A DNA stretch of 64,000 bases from Burkholderiaceae bacterium (GTDB lineage: Bacteria > Pseudomonadota > Gammaproteobacteria > Burkholderiales > Burkholderiaceae_C): positions 749 through 64,748 of the forward strand of contig JBAQUQ010000047.1 in assembly GCA_049297615.1 (NCBI GenBank), written 5' to 3'. Below the pieces are notes generated by a model. The model searched no databases, was not told the DNA's origin, and was given only the letters and a program-made list of their open reading frames with translations. Below, one piece after another: positions 50,734 through 60,054 of this stretch. The translations under genes and the position numbers were made by a program. Numbering within the stretch: position 1 is the stretch's first letter; every line of letters starts with the position of its first letter.

Positions 50734-51788
50734 CCGATAGCGAAGCAGGCATCGAAGTTCGCAGGGTCGGAAAACGCTACGGCATCGGCGCCGACACGCC
50801 CTGGGCGGTCGACGACATCAGCTTGGCGGTCCCCAAGGGAACACTCACGACCCTCCTGGGCCCCAGTGGCTGCGGAAAGACGACGCTGCTGCGTTTGATC
50901 GCCGGGCTCGAGACGCCGAGCGCCGGCACGATCTTCATCGACGGCCGTGACGTGACGGCGCTCGGTGCGGCGCAGCGCAACGTCTGTATGGTGTTCCAGA
51001 GTTATGCGCTGTTCCCGCACATGAATGTGCTGGCCAATGTGTCCTACGGGCTCGATGTGTCCGGCGTGGCGAAATCAGAAACGAAGCGTCGCGCGCAGGC
51101 CGCGCTCGCGACAGTGGGGCTCACCGAATTCGACGTACGGGCGCCGAGTGAACTCTCGGGGGGCCAGCAACAGCGTGTCGCACTTGCGCGCGCGCTCGTC
51201 CTCGAACCCGCGGTGCTGTTGTTCGACGAGCCCCTGTCAAATCTCGACGCGCGGCTGCGTCGTTCGATGCGCGAGGAAATTCGCAGCCTGCAGCAGCGCC
51301 TGCAATTGACGGTGGCCTATGTGACGCACGACCAGAGCGAGGCGCTCGCAGTGAGTGACCATATCGTCGTGATGCATTGCGGCCGCATCGCCCAGATCGG
51401 CACGCCGCGCCAACTTTATGAAAGCCCGGGCAGCGAATTTGTCGCGGGGTTCATGGGCGAGGCGAATGTGTTCGCGGCTCTCGGCCAGGTCGACGGCAGC
51501 GTGCGCCTGGGCCCCTTGACCCTGCGCACGCATTCCCCTGTGCCAGCCGGGCCGTTGAAACTTGCCGTGCGGCCGCAGTCGTGGCAGGTATCGGCGGGCG
51601 CCGGTGACGACGCCTTGCCTGCGAAGCTGAGCCGATGCGCCTACCTCGGCAGTCACTACGAACTGAGCTTTGACAGCGACATCGGCGCCATCTTCGTCGT
51701 CACTGCCGAGGTCGAACGCACTTTTGCGCCCGGCCAGCGCTGTTGGTTGCGCCTGGCAAAGACTGGTGTGTCGGTGCTGCGCGGCTGA
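50730..51788 (+). CDS. ABC transporter ATP-binding protein (FbpC/AfuC/PotA-like)
   Basis: Internal start MTDSEAGIEV in ORF 50040..51788; its ATG overlaps the permease stop (ATGA). It has the Walker A motif GPSGCGKTT, the signature LSGGQQQR and the Walker B motif LLFDEPLS. Confidence 0.9.
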   Translation: MTDSEAGIEVRRVGKRYGIGADTPWAVDDISLAVPKGTLTTLLGPSGCGKTTLLRLIAGLETPSAGTIFIDGRDVTALGAAQRNVCMVFQSYALFPHMNVLANVSYGLDVSGVAKSETKRRAQAALATVGLTEFDVRAPSELSGGQQQRVALARALVLEPAVLLFDEPLSNLDARLRRSMREEIRSLQQRLQLTVAYVTHDQSEALAVSDHIVVMHCGRIAQIGTPRQLYESPGSEFVAGFMGEANVFAALGQVDGSVRLGPLTLRTHSPVPAGPLKLAVRPQSWQVSAGAGDDALPAKLSRCAYLGSHYELSFDSDIGAIFVVTAEVERTFAPGQRCWLRLAKTGVSVLRG

Positions 51789-51990
51789 GCCCGTGCGCAA
51801 GGCGCCGCAAGGCGACTGCCGGGCGTTGGCGCGGCCGCCATACGAACGGATGGGCTGAGCGTTCGCCCCGGAACTGGCCTACAGTGGCCGAAGTTGCGCT
51901 GCAGCCCCGCGCGCGACGAGCCATGCAAGGACAGTTGCGCGGCCCTGTCGCGGGTTCCGTTTCGGTTGACTCGATGCTCGAAGGAATGCC

Positions 51991-53589
51991 ATGAAACATC
52001 CCCGTTGCGACCGGACGTCGGCCTGGGCTGCGCTCGCCGGCCACTACAAGGCACACGGCAAAGACTTGCTTCTTCGCGATGCGTTCGCGCGTGACGCAGC
52101 GCGCTTCGATGCGTTCAGCATTGAGGCACCGGAAGTGTTTGCCGATCTTTCGAAGAACCTGCTCGACAGCGCGACACAGCATTTCCTGCTCGATCTCGCG
52201 CGCGAATGCGGGGTCGAACAACGGCGTGATGCGATGCTCGCCGCGGCGCCGATCAATACCACGGAAGGCCGTGCCGTTCTGCACACCACCCTGCGCGCGC
52301 CACGCGGGCAGGGCCCGTTCAGCGACGAGGTGCATGGCGTGCTCGACGCGGTGCTCAGCTACGCCGAGGCGGTACGCGACACCGGCGGGAGCGGCATCCG
52401 CGATGTGGTCAACATCGGCATTGGCGGAAGCGACCTCGGTGCGCAAATGGTTGTGCCGGCGCTCGACGCATACGTCCACCCCGAACTGAACTTTCACTTC
52501 GTCTCGAACGTTGACGGCCACGACATTGCACCCCTGTTGAAGAAGCTCGATCCGGCGCGCACGCTGTTCATCGTGGCCAGCAAGACTTTCACGACCCAAG
52601 AAACAATGGCCAACGCGCGCGCCGCCAAGGCATGGTTCCTCGGCCGTGGCAGCCTCGACATCGGCAAACACTTCGTCGCGGCCACCACCAATGTGGCTGC
52701 GGCCGCCGAGTTCGGAATTCGCACCACGTTCGGCTTTTGGGATTGGGTGGGCGGGCGCTATTCGCTCTGGTCGGCCATCGGCTTGCCGATCGCTCTGGCG
52801 ATCGGTGCGGAGAATTTTCGCGCGCTGCTCGCCGGAGCGCACGCCATGGACCGCCATTTCGCGCAAGCGCCTGCGGCCAGGAATTTGCCAATGCAGCTCG
52901 GCCTGCTCGACGTCTGGTACCGCAACTTCCACGCATTTCCGAGCCGCAGCGTCGCGCCTTACCACCAAGGCCTGAAGCGCTTGCCGGCATACCTGCAACA
53001 GCTCGAGATGGAAAGCAATGGCAAGTGTGTCGACCTCGACGGCATACCGCTGCCCTATGCCACCAGCCCGGTGATTTGGGGCGAACCCGGAACGAACGGG
53101 CAGCACGCTTACTTTCAAATGCTGCATCAGGGAACGGACGTGGTTCCCGTCGAGTTCATCCTCGTCAAGCACGCTGCGCACGATCTGGCCGACCAGCAGA
53201 CAATGTTGTTGGCGAATGGATTGGCGCAATCACAGGCCTTGATGCTCGGCAAGACCGCTGAGCAGGCGTTGAGGGAACAACCGCCGACGGCGTCGAGCGC
53301 GATCGACGCGCGAGTCCTCGCGCAGCATCGCAGCTTCCCAGGCAATCGGCCGAGCACGACATTGCTGCTGGAGCGACTGACCCCGCGCTCGCTCGGAGCA
53401 TTGATCGCGATGTACGAGCACCGTGTGTTCACGAGCGGCGCAGTTTGGGGAATCAACAGTTTCGACCAATGGGGCGTGGAGCTCGGCAAGGCGCTGTGCA
53501 GCGCCTTGCTGCCGCGCCTGGCCAGCGGCGATACGACGGGGCTCGACGCCTCGACCGCCGGATTGCTTCAACGCCTGCGCGCGCGGTGA
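51991..53589 (+). CDS. pgi: Glucose-6-phosphate isomerase
   Basis: ORF 51991..53589 contains NIGIGGSDLG, FIVASKTFTTQET, GGRYSLWSAIGL, LEMESNGK and GTNGQHAYFQ, which are PGI signatures. Confidence 0.93.
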   Translation: MKHPRCDRTSAWAALAGHYKAHGKDLLLRDAFARDAARFDAFSIEAPEVFADLSKNLLDSATQHFLLDLARECGVEQRRDAMLAAAPINTTEGRAVLHTTLRAPRGQGPFSDEVHGVLDAVLSYAEAVRDTGGSGIRDVVNIGIGGSDLGAQMVVPALDAYVHPELNFHFVSNVDGHDIAPLLKKLDPARTLFIVASKTFTTQETMANARAAKAWFLGRGSLDIGKHFVAATTNVAAAAEFGIRTTFGFWDWVGGRYSLWSAIGLPIALAIGAENFRALLAGAHAMDRHFAQAPAARNLPMQLGLLDVWYRNFHAFPSRSVAPYHQGLKRLPAYLQQLEMESNGKCVDLDGIPLPYATSPVIWGEPGTNGQHAYFQMLHQGTDVVPVEFILVKHAAHDLADQQTMLLANGLAQSQALMLGKTAEQALREQPPTASSAIDARVLAQHRSFPGNRPSTTLLLERLTPRSLGALIAMYEHRVFTSGAVWGINSFDQWGVELGKALCSALLPRLASGDTTGLDASTAGLLQRLRAR

Positions 53590-54200
53590 AGATCATTTTC
53601 GACCTCAGCGGCGTGTTGCTGCGCTGGCAGCCACACGACCTGCTGGCACGGTTGTTGCCGGAACACGCGACGACCCTGGAGGCAACGCAGGCCTTGGTGC
53701 TGGACTTCTTCCAAGGCTTCGGCGGTGACTGGGGTGAGTTTGACCGCGGCACGCTGGACGCGGCGCCGCTGGCGGAGCGCATTTCACGGCGCACCAGCAT
53801 AAATCTACGCGACGTGCGACACGTGATCGACGTCATCCCGCAAGAATTGCAGCCCGTGGCGGCGAGCGTGGACCTGCTGCGCCGGCTGCACGCTGATGGG
53901 CGCGAGCTGTATTTTCTGTCGAACATGCCCGAACCCTATGCACGCCATCTGGAGACGACGCATGCTTTCTTCACTCTATTCAGGCACGGCGTGTTTTCGG
54001 CTCGTGTGCGATCGATTAAACCGGAGGCGGCGATCTTCGCGCACGCGCAGGCAGCCTTTGGCGTGGGCGATTTACCGCCGCTGTTCATCGACGACGTGTT
54101 CGACAACGTCAACGCCGCGCGCGCCATGGGCTGGCGCGCGATTCACTTTCAAGACGTGGTGCAATGCCAAAGTGAGTTGGCCGCCTTGGGATTGATGTAG
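53586..54200 (+). CDS. HAD-superfamily hydrolase (phosphatase-like)
   Basis: The GTG start overlaps the pgi stop (GTGA). It begins KIIFDLSGVLL (motif I, DxxG variant) and has SNMPE and FIDDVFDNVNAA (motif IV). Located within ORF 53445..54200. Confidence 0.7.
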   Translation: MKIIFDLSGVLLRWQPHDLLARLLPEHATTLEATQALVLDFFQGFGGDWGEFDRGTLDAAPLAERISRRTSINLRDVRHVIDVIPQELQPVAASVDLLRRLHADGRELYFLSNMPEPYARHLETTHAFFTLFRHGVFSARVRSIKPEAAIFAHAQAAFGVGDLPPLFIDDVFDNVNAARAMGWRAIHFQDVVQCQSELAALGLM

Positions 54201-54228
54201 CCTGAGGTCGCCGGGGACGTCCCCTGAT

Positions 54229-55329
54229 TCAGCCGGCCAAGCCGGTCAGAGCCTTGTGCGCCGCGTCATGCGCCTGGGACAGCACTTGCTCTTTCCAGGC
54301 GTCGGTATCGGTATAGAAGGCGTCGCGCACTCGCCTCTTGATGGCGCGCGCAACAGCGGCATCCGCCTCGGGGTGGTTCTCCAGCCATTGGTCGGCGCGC
54401 AATGCCTCCATCACTTCGAGAACGGGCAATGTTCCGTACTCCATCGCCATGCCGGTGTACTGGGCCTGCGCGCATTCTTGGTAAGCCGCCTGCCACATCA
54501 GGCCTTGGAGCGGCGCGGAGATCGAACTGCCGTCGGCCAACGAAGTGACACCCTTGCCCCACCAATTGCGTGCGCGCTCCAGCGCGGCTACGTCATCGTC
54601 GCGGCAGGCCGCGATCAGCTCGGCCGCGCCGGTCGGGCCCAGGCCGGTATGCAGATCGATCCACGCAAGGCGCGCGCAACGCCTGCCATGCTCTTGCAGG
54701 ACGTGGCGCAATGTCACGTGGCTCCAGGTCGGGTTGTGGCCGCCGAAAAACAGACCTTCTGGATGCTCGTACTGGCCGCCCGATACCGCCTCTTGAAAAC
54801 CGCGCTGGCCGTGAATGGCGATGTACCGCTCAATGGCGGTGGCCACTTCCGGCGTGGGTGGCCACGTCGAGGGCACGAGCAAATGCGCGAGTTCGTCGTA
54901 GCGCGGGTTCTTCGGCAAAGGCTTGGAAAAATCGTGGAAGTTGCGGTTCAGGTCGACGTTTTCTTGCGTCGTGCGGCGCCACCAAGAAAAACCGTAAGGG
55001 TTGAGCGCGTGGATATAGAGTACAGCGACACCGCTGGCGAGCAGCGCAGCGTGCCACGGCGCGTCGTGCAACAGGCTGGTCTGTACGCCTGAGCCGCAGT
55101 AGCCTTCGACGCCGTGGCAGGCGCTGCTGAGAATCAACAGCGAGGGCGCCCCCCTGCCACCTTCGAACGCGACGTCCATCGCGAGCATTTCACCGTCGCG
55201 CCCGCGCAGCGGATGCGCGTGCGCTTCCACGTCAAGGCCTGCTGACTCGGCAGCTTGCAGGAAATTGGCGCGCGCTTGCACGTAGCTTTGAGCGAAGTGC
55301 TCGGCGGCGCCCATCGTTCGGCTCGGCAA
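54229..55329 (-). CDS. M14-like metallopeptidase-fold protein (DUF2817 family)
   Basis: ORF 54229..55329 contains SSACHGVEGYCGSG and HALNPYGFSWWRRTTQENVDLNRNF, a pattern I associate with DUF2817 / succinylglutamate desuccinylase-like zinc enzymes. Confidence 0.6.
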   Translation of the reverse strand: MPSRTMGAAEHFAQSYVQARANFLQAAESAGLDVEAHAHPLRGRDGEMLAMDVAFEGGRGAPSLLILSSACHGVEGYCGSGVQTSLLHDAPWHAALLASGVAVLYIHALNPYGFSWWRRTTQENVDLNRNFHDFSKPLPKNPRYDELAHLLVPSTWPPTPEVATAIERYIAIHGQRGFQEAVSGGQYEHPEGLFFGGHNPTWSHVTLRHVLQEHGRRCARLAWIDLHTGLGPTGAAELIAACRDDDVAALERARNWWGKGVTSLADGSSISAPLQGLMWQAAYQECAQAQYTGMAMEYGTLPVLEVMEALRADQWLENHPEADAAVARAIKRRVRDAFYTDTDAWKEQVLSQAHDAAHKALTGLAG

Positions 55330-55352
55330 TGGTCAGTGGAATTGCACGAACT

Positions 55353-56546
55353 TCAGCGGGATTGGGCCAGCCAAGCTTCGGCCAAACGCACCCACAGCGT
55401 GGCGCCCAGCGGAATCAAGTCGTCGTTGAAGTCGTAGCTCGGGTTGTGCAGCATGCACGGGCCCATGCCGTGGCCGCCTTCGCGGTGGCTGCCGTCGCCG
55501 TTGCCGATCAGGAAATAGCAGCCGGGCTTCTCCAGCAGGAAGTAGCTGAAGTCCTCCGAGCCCATCGTCGGCTCGAACTCGTGGACTTGGGGTGCGCCGA
55601 CCATGTTGATCATCACTTGGCGCACAAAGTCGGTCTCTGCCGGGTGGTTGATCGTCGGCGGATAGTTGCGGCGGAACGCGAACTCGCAATCAGCGCCGAA
55701 CGCCGCGCAGGTGTGCTCAGCAACTTCCTGCATGCGCTTTTCGATCAGGTCCAGCACGTCGATCGTGAAGGTGCGTACCGTGCCCTGGATGTCGCAACTG
55801 TCGGGTACGACATTCGTGGCTTCGCCGGCGTGAATCATCGTCACCGAGATCACGCCCGCGTCGATGGGCCGCTTGTTGCGCGTGATGATGGTCTGAAATG
55901 CCTGCACCATCTGGCACGCGACCGGCACCGGGTCCAGGCCGTTGTGCGGCATGGCGGCGTGTGAACCCTTGCCTCGAATCCTGATCTTGAACTCGTTGCT
56001 GCTGGCGAACGCTGGCCCGCTCTTCAAGGCGAACTGGCCCGCCGCCATGCCCGGCCAGTTGTGCGCGCCAAACACCGCCTCCATGGGGAATTTGTCGAAA
56101 ATGCCGTCCTTGATCATTTCCCGCGCGCCGCCGCCACCTTCTTCGGCAGGCTGAAATATCAGGTAGACCGTGCCGTCATAGTTTCGGTGCTTGGAGAGGT
56201 GTTTGGCTGCGCCGAGCAGCATCGCGGTGTGGCCGTCGTGGCCGCAAGCGTGCATCTTGCCGGGGTGTTGGCTGGCGTGGGCGAACTTGTTGTGCTCGGT
56301 CATCGGCAGCGCATCGATGTCGGCACGCAAACCCACTGCGCGCTGGCTGGTGCCGTTCTTCAGGATCGCGACCACGCCGGTCTTGCCCAGGCCGCGGTCA
56401 ATGGGAATGTCCCACTGGGTGAGTTGCTCGGCAATCACGTCCGCAGTGCGTTTTTCCTGGAAGCACAGCTCCGGGTGGGAGTGGATGTCGCGTCGGACAG
56501 CCGCAATTGCCGCGGCGTCGGCGAGGATCGATTCAATAAGTTTCAT
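55353..56546 (-). CDS. M20-family amidohydrolase (hippurate hydrolase / N-acyl-amino acid amidohydrolase type)
   Basis: Internal start MKLIESILADAAAIAAVRRDIHSHPELCFQEKRT in ORF 55353..56597. It contains LRADIDALP, MHACGHDGH and FQPAEEGGGGA. Confidence 0.88.
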   Translation of the reverse strand: MKLIESILADAAAIAAVRRDIHSHPELCFQEKRTADVIAEQLTQWDIPIDRGLGKTGVVAILKNGTSQRAVGLRADIDALPMTEHNKFAHASQHPGKMHACGHDGHTAMLLGAAKHLSKHRNYDGTVYLIFQPAEEGGGGAREMIKDGIFDKFPMEAVFGAHNWPGMAAGQFALKSGPAFASSNEFKIRIRGKGSHAAMPHNGLDPVPVACQMVQAFQTIITRNKRPIDAGVISVTMIHAGEATNVVPDSCDIQGTVRTFTIDVLDLIEKRMQEVAEHTCAAFGADCEFAFRRNYPPTINHPAETDFVRQVMINMVGAPQVHEFEPTMGSEDFSYFLLEKPGCYFLIGNGDGSHREGGHGMGPCMLHNPSYDFNDDLIPLGATLWVRLAEAWLAQSR

Positions 56547-56679
56547 GGTCGGTTTCGGGCGTCCAATGCCGCACCTGGGCAGCCAGGGACGCAACAATGA
56601 TTGGGTCGAGGCAGTTTACTCGGCGGGATTGACTTGGGCCAGCTGGGGGAATTGCTCCTGCGTATGCAATCATTCACCC

Positions 56680-58770
56680 ATGAACACCAGCATCGTCCAT
56701 GGCGCCTGCCCGCATGATTGCCCCGACACCTGCGCGTTGCGAATCACGGTGCAGGACGGGCGAGCGATCAAGGTGCAGGGCGACCCTGATCACCCGCCGA
56801 CGCACGGCTCGCTGTGTACCAAAGTTTCGCGTTATCCCGAGCGCACTTACCACCCCGAGCGTGTGCTGACGCCCCTCAAGCGGATCGGCCCCAAAGGCAG
56901 CGGTCAATTCGCACCGGTCAGTTGGGATGAGGCGTTGGGCGACATCGCTGTGCGGTTGCGCGACATCGCGGCCCGTGGCCCTGATTCGGCGCAGGCCATC
57001 GTTCCCTACAGCTACGCCGGCACGATGGGTCTGGTGCAAGGCGAAAGCATGGCGGCGCGTTTTTTCAACAGAATAGGGGCATCGCTGCTCGACAGAACCA
57101 TCTGTTCGTCGGCCGGCGGCGAAGCACTCGTCGCTACTTACGGCGCCAAGATCGGCATGCACGTCGAGAACTATGCGACAGCGAAGTTGATCCTGATCTG
57201 GGGCAGCAACTCAATCGCGTCGAACCTGCATTTCTGGACCTTCGCACAGGAGGCCAAGCGCAACGGAGCCAAGCTGATTTGCATCGACCCGCGCAAGACG
57301 GAAACTGCCGACAAGTGCCATGAGCACATCGCGCTGCTGCCGGGCACCGACGGCGCGCTGGCTCTGGCGATCATGCACGAGCTGATCGCCAACGACTGGC
57401 TGGACCACGACTACATCGAACGGTACACCCAAGGATGGCCGAAACTTCTCGAACGCGCCCTGCAATGGTCGCCTGAACGTGCGGCGCAGGTGTGCGGCAT
57501 CGGTGTCGATCAAGTGCGCCAGCTGGCGCGCGACTACGGCACGATCAAGCCCGCAGCGATCCGCCTGAACTACGGGATGCAAAGAGTGCGCGGTGGCGGC
57601 AATGCGGTGCGTCTCGTGGCCATCTTGCCCTGCCTGATCGGCGCTTGGCGCGTGGCTGCGGGCGGCATGCTGTTGTCGGCGGCGGGTTGGTTCAACGCCG
57701 CGCGCGACGACGCGGCACTTCAGCGTCCCGATTTGTTGGGCGCTCGTCGGCCGCGCACGATCAACATGAGCACGATCGGCGACGACTTGCTGCGCGGGCC
57801 CGATGAGCGGCTGCCGAACGGAGCGAAATTCGGCCCGAAGATCGAAGCCCTGATCGTCTACAACAGCAACCCCGTCGCGGTGGCGCCTGAGTCGCCCAAG
57901 GTAGTGCGGGGATTCAAGCGCGACGACCTTCTTACCGTCGTGCTCGAGCATTTCCTGACTGACACCGCCGACCATGCCGACTATGTACTGCCGGCGACGA
58001 CCCAGCTCGAGCACCTCGACGTTCACATCTCCTATGGCCACTCCTACGTGATGATCAATGAGGCGGCGATCGCACCGCTGGGCCAGGCACGTACCAACAC
58101 GCAGATCTTTCGCGATCTGGCCCAGCGCATGGGTTTCGACGAGCCCTGTTTTTCCGACAGCGACGAGACCTTGGCGCGTTGTGCACTGAATGCTCGAGTG
58201 GATTTCGCTGCCTTGCGCGAGCGCGGCTGGGTCAAACTGGATCTGCCTGACGCACCCTTTGCCCGCGGTGGGTTTGCCACCCCAAGCGGCAAATGCGTCA
58301 TCGATTCGCCGCAATATGGCGTGCCCGACCACGTGCCGAACTACGAATCGGCAAGCAGTACCCCCGAACTGGCGCGGCGCTACCCGCTGGCGATGATTTC
58401 GCCGCCCGCGCGAAACTTCCTCAACTCGACCTTTGTCAACGTGAAGAGCCTGCGCGATATCGAGGCCGAGCCTGTGCTCGAAATCCACGAGGCCGACGCG
58501 CATGCGCGTGGCATCACCACGGGCCAGCAGGTGTGCGTCTTCAATGAGCGCGGCAGCACGCGGTGCAGGGCGCTGGTCAGCCCGCGCGCGCGGCCAGGGG
58601 TCCTCAACGGCTTGGGCATCTGGTGGCGCAAGCTCGGCGCGGATGGCACGAATGTCAACGAGGTCACGCATCAGCGCCTCACCGACATCGGCCGCGCACC
58701 GAGCTTTTACGACTGTCTGGTTGACGTGACGCCGCTGCTGGACAAGCGGCCACACCACGCGGCACCGTGA
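56680..58770 (+). CDS. Cytoplasmic molybdopterin oxidoreductase (DMSO reductase / formate dehydrogenase superfamily), substrate unknown
   Basis: Internal start MNTSIVHGACPHDCPDTCALRITVQDGRAIKVQGDPDHPPTHGSLCTKV (an N-terminal 4Fe-4S Cys cluster) in ORF 56191..58770. There is no Tat signal. It has molybdopterin-binding and C-terminal barrel-like regions (EIHEADAHARGI). Confidence 0.85.
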   Translation: MNTSIVHGACPHDCPDTCALRITVQDGRAIKVQGDPDHPPTHGSLCTKVSRYPERTYHPERVLTPLKRIGPKGSGQFAPVSWDEALGDIAVRLRDIAARGPDSAQAIVPYSYAGTMGLVQGESMAARFFNRIGASLLDRTICSSAGGEALVATYGAKIGMHVENYATAKLILIWGSNSIASNLHFWTFAQEAKRNGAKLICIDPRKTETADKCHEHIALLPGTDGALALAIMHELIANDWLDHDYIERYTQGWPKLLERALQWSPERAAQVCGIGVDQVRQLARDYGTIKPAAIRLNYGMQRVRGGGNAVRLVAILPCLIGAWRVAAGGMLLSAAGWFNAARDDAALQRPDLLGARRPRTINMSTIGDDLLRGPDERLPNGAKFGPKIEALIVYNSNPVAVAPESPKVVRGFKRDDLLTVVLEHFLTDTADHADYVLPATTQLEHLDVHISYGHSYVMINEAAIAPLGQARTNTQIFRDLAQRMGFDEPCFSDSDETLARCALNARVDFAALRERGWVKLDLPDAPFARGGFATPSGKCVIDSPQYGVPDHVPNYESASSTPELARRYPLAMISPPARNFLNSTFVNVKSLRDIEAEPVLEIHEADAHARGITTGQQVCVFNERGSTRCRALVSPRARPGVLNGLGIWWRKLGADGTNVNEVTHQRLTDIGRAPSFYDCLVDVTPLLDKRPHHAAP

Positions 58771-59879
58771 CGCGCTGGGGTCGTGTGGCCGGTGTGGCAG
58801 CGGGTGTGACAGGAATGGGGCTAGTAGGCGCCTGTCTGCTCGCCGCAGTGGTCTGCGCCACCTCAGGCTGCAGTGCGCTCGCCTACTACGCGCAGTCGGT
58901 GAACGGCCACCTTGACCTGGTGCAGCGCGCCCGGCCGGTACCGGAGTGGCTTGCCGACACGAAGACCAGCGACAAACTCAAGCAACGCCTGGCATTGAGC
59001 CAACATATTCGCGACTTCGCCGTGCGCGAACTCGGATTGCCCGACAACGCGAGCTACCGCCGATATGCCGACTTGCAGCGCAGCGCGGCCCTGTGGAATG
59101 TCGTGGCAGCGCCGGAGTTGAGCCTGACGCTCGAGACATGGTGTTTCCCCGTTGTCGGCTGCGTGAGTTATCGCGGCTACTTCGATCGAGCTGCTGCCGA
59201 CACTCCTGCAGCAGAGTTGCGCGCCCGCGGGCTGGAGGTGAATGTCTATGCGGTGCCTGCATATTCGACGCTGGGTAAGTTGCCATTTGATGCGCTTGCG
59301 GACCCGCTTCTAAACACGTTCATCGACTATCCGGAAGGTGAACTGGCTCGGCTCATCTTCCACGAGCTTGCGCATCAGGTGGCGTATGCGAGGGATGACA
59401 CCGCATTCAACGAGTCGTTCGCCGCTGCCGTAGAGAGGATTGGCAGTGCGCGTTGGTTCAGCGAACCTCAACGCAACGCAGCACGCGATGAGTTCCAGCG
59501 CGCAGAGGAGCGTCGACATCAGTTTCGAACACTGACCCAGTCTTTTCGCAATCGTCTGAATGTTCTTTACGAGTCGTCGGCACCGGACAGCGAGAAGCGC
59601 AGTGCCAAAGCCATTGTGATGACGCAATTGCGCGCCGACTACGAGCAACTCAAGACGCAGCGCTGGGGCGGGTATTCAGGGTACGACAACTGGTTCGCGC
59701 ACGCCAACAATGCTTCATTCGGTGTGCTCGCGGCGTACAACGAACTGGTGCCGGCCTTCGAGCGATTGTTCGAGCGCCAGGGGCGTGACTTCCCACGGTT
59801 TTATGCCGAAGTGCAGCGACTCGCGGCGCTGCCCAAACAAGAACGCCACGCTGCATTGAGCGCGGCTTCAGCAGACTGA
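58767..59879 (+). CDS. Predicted zinc aminopeptidase lipoprotein (PF10023-like, HExxH)
   Basis: ORF 58767..59879 has a signal with a TSGC lipobox, YYAQSVNGHLDL and the zinc motif FHELAHQVAY. The GTG start overlaps the upstream stop (GTGA); an alternative ATG is at 58815. Confidence 0.7.
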   Translation: MTRWGRVAGVAAGVTGMGLVGACLLAAVVCATSGCSALAYYAQSVNGHLDLVQRARPVPEWLADTKTSDKLKQRLALSQHIRDFAVRELGLPDNASYRRYADLQRSAALWNVVAAPELSLTLETWCFPVVGCVSYRGYFDRAAADTPAAELRARGLEVNVYAVPAYSTLGKLPFDALADPLLNTFIDYPEGELARLIFHELAHQVAYARDDTAFNESFAAAVERIGSARWFSEPQRNAARDEFQRAEERRHQFRTLTQSFRNRLNVLYESSAPDSEKRSAKAIVMTQLRADYEQLKTQRWGGYSGYDNWFAHANNASFGVLAAYNELVPAFERLFERQGRDFPRFYAEVQRLAALPKQERHAALSAASAD

Positions 59880-59904
59880 GCGATGAGAAGCGGCTCGGGC
59901 CGCT

Positions 59905-60054
59905 GACAGCCGCGCCGTCCAGCAACGGCCGCTTCCACTCGGCTATCTGGGTCGGGTGCAGTTCGAACTCCTTGCACAACGGCGCCATCGGTTGGTCCTC
60001 TCACACGGCGGCCAAGAACCATTCGAGCCTTGAAAGCCGGAACGAGCGTTCGCC
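59905..60054 (-). pseudogene. Relic of an IS3-family transposase orfA (HTH region only, in-frame stop)
   Basis: The minus-strand frame reads GERSFRLSRLEWFLAAV*EDQPMAPLCKEFELHPTQIAEWKRPLLDGAAV. This resembles IS3-family OrfA N-termini (..F.AEFKAKVALEAL.G..T..E.A....VHPNQ...WKRQ..EG) as I recall them. It is split between ORFs 60001..60285 and 59650..59988 in the same frame. No orfB or inverted repeats were seen. Confidence 0.55.

Noticed and set aside
56547-56679. A Moco riboswitch upstream of the molybdopterin oxidoreductase.
   Set aside because: The 133-nt divergent region shows only a 4-bp CGAG/CUCG hairpin and none of the conserved Moco-motif loops that I can recognise.
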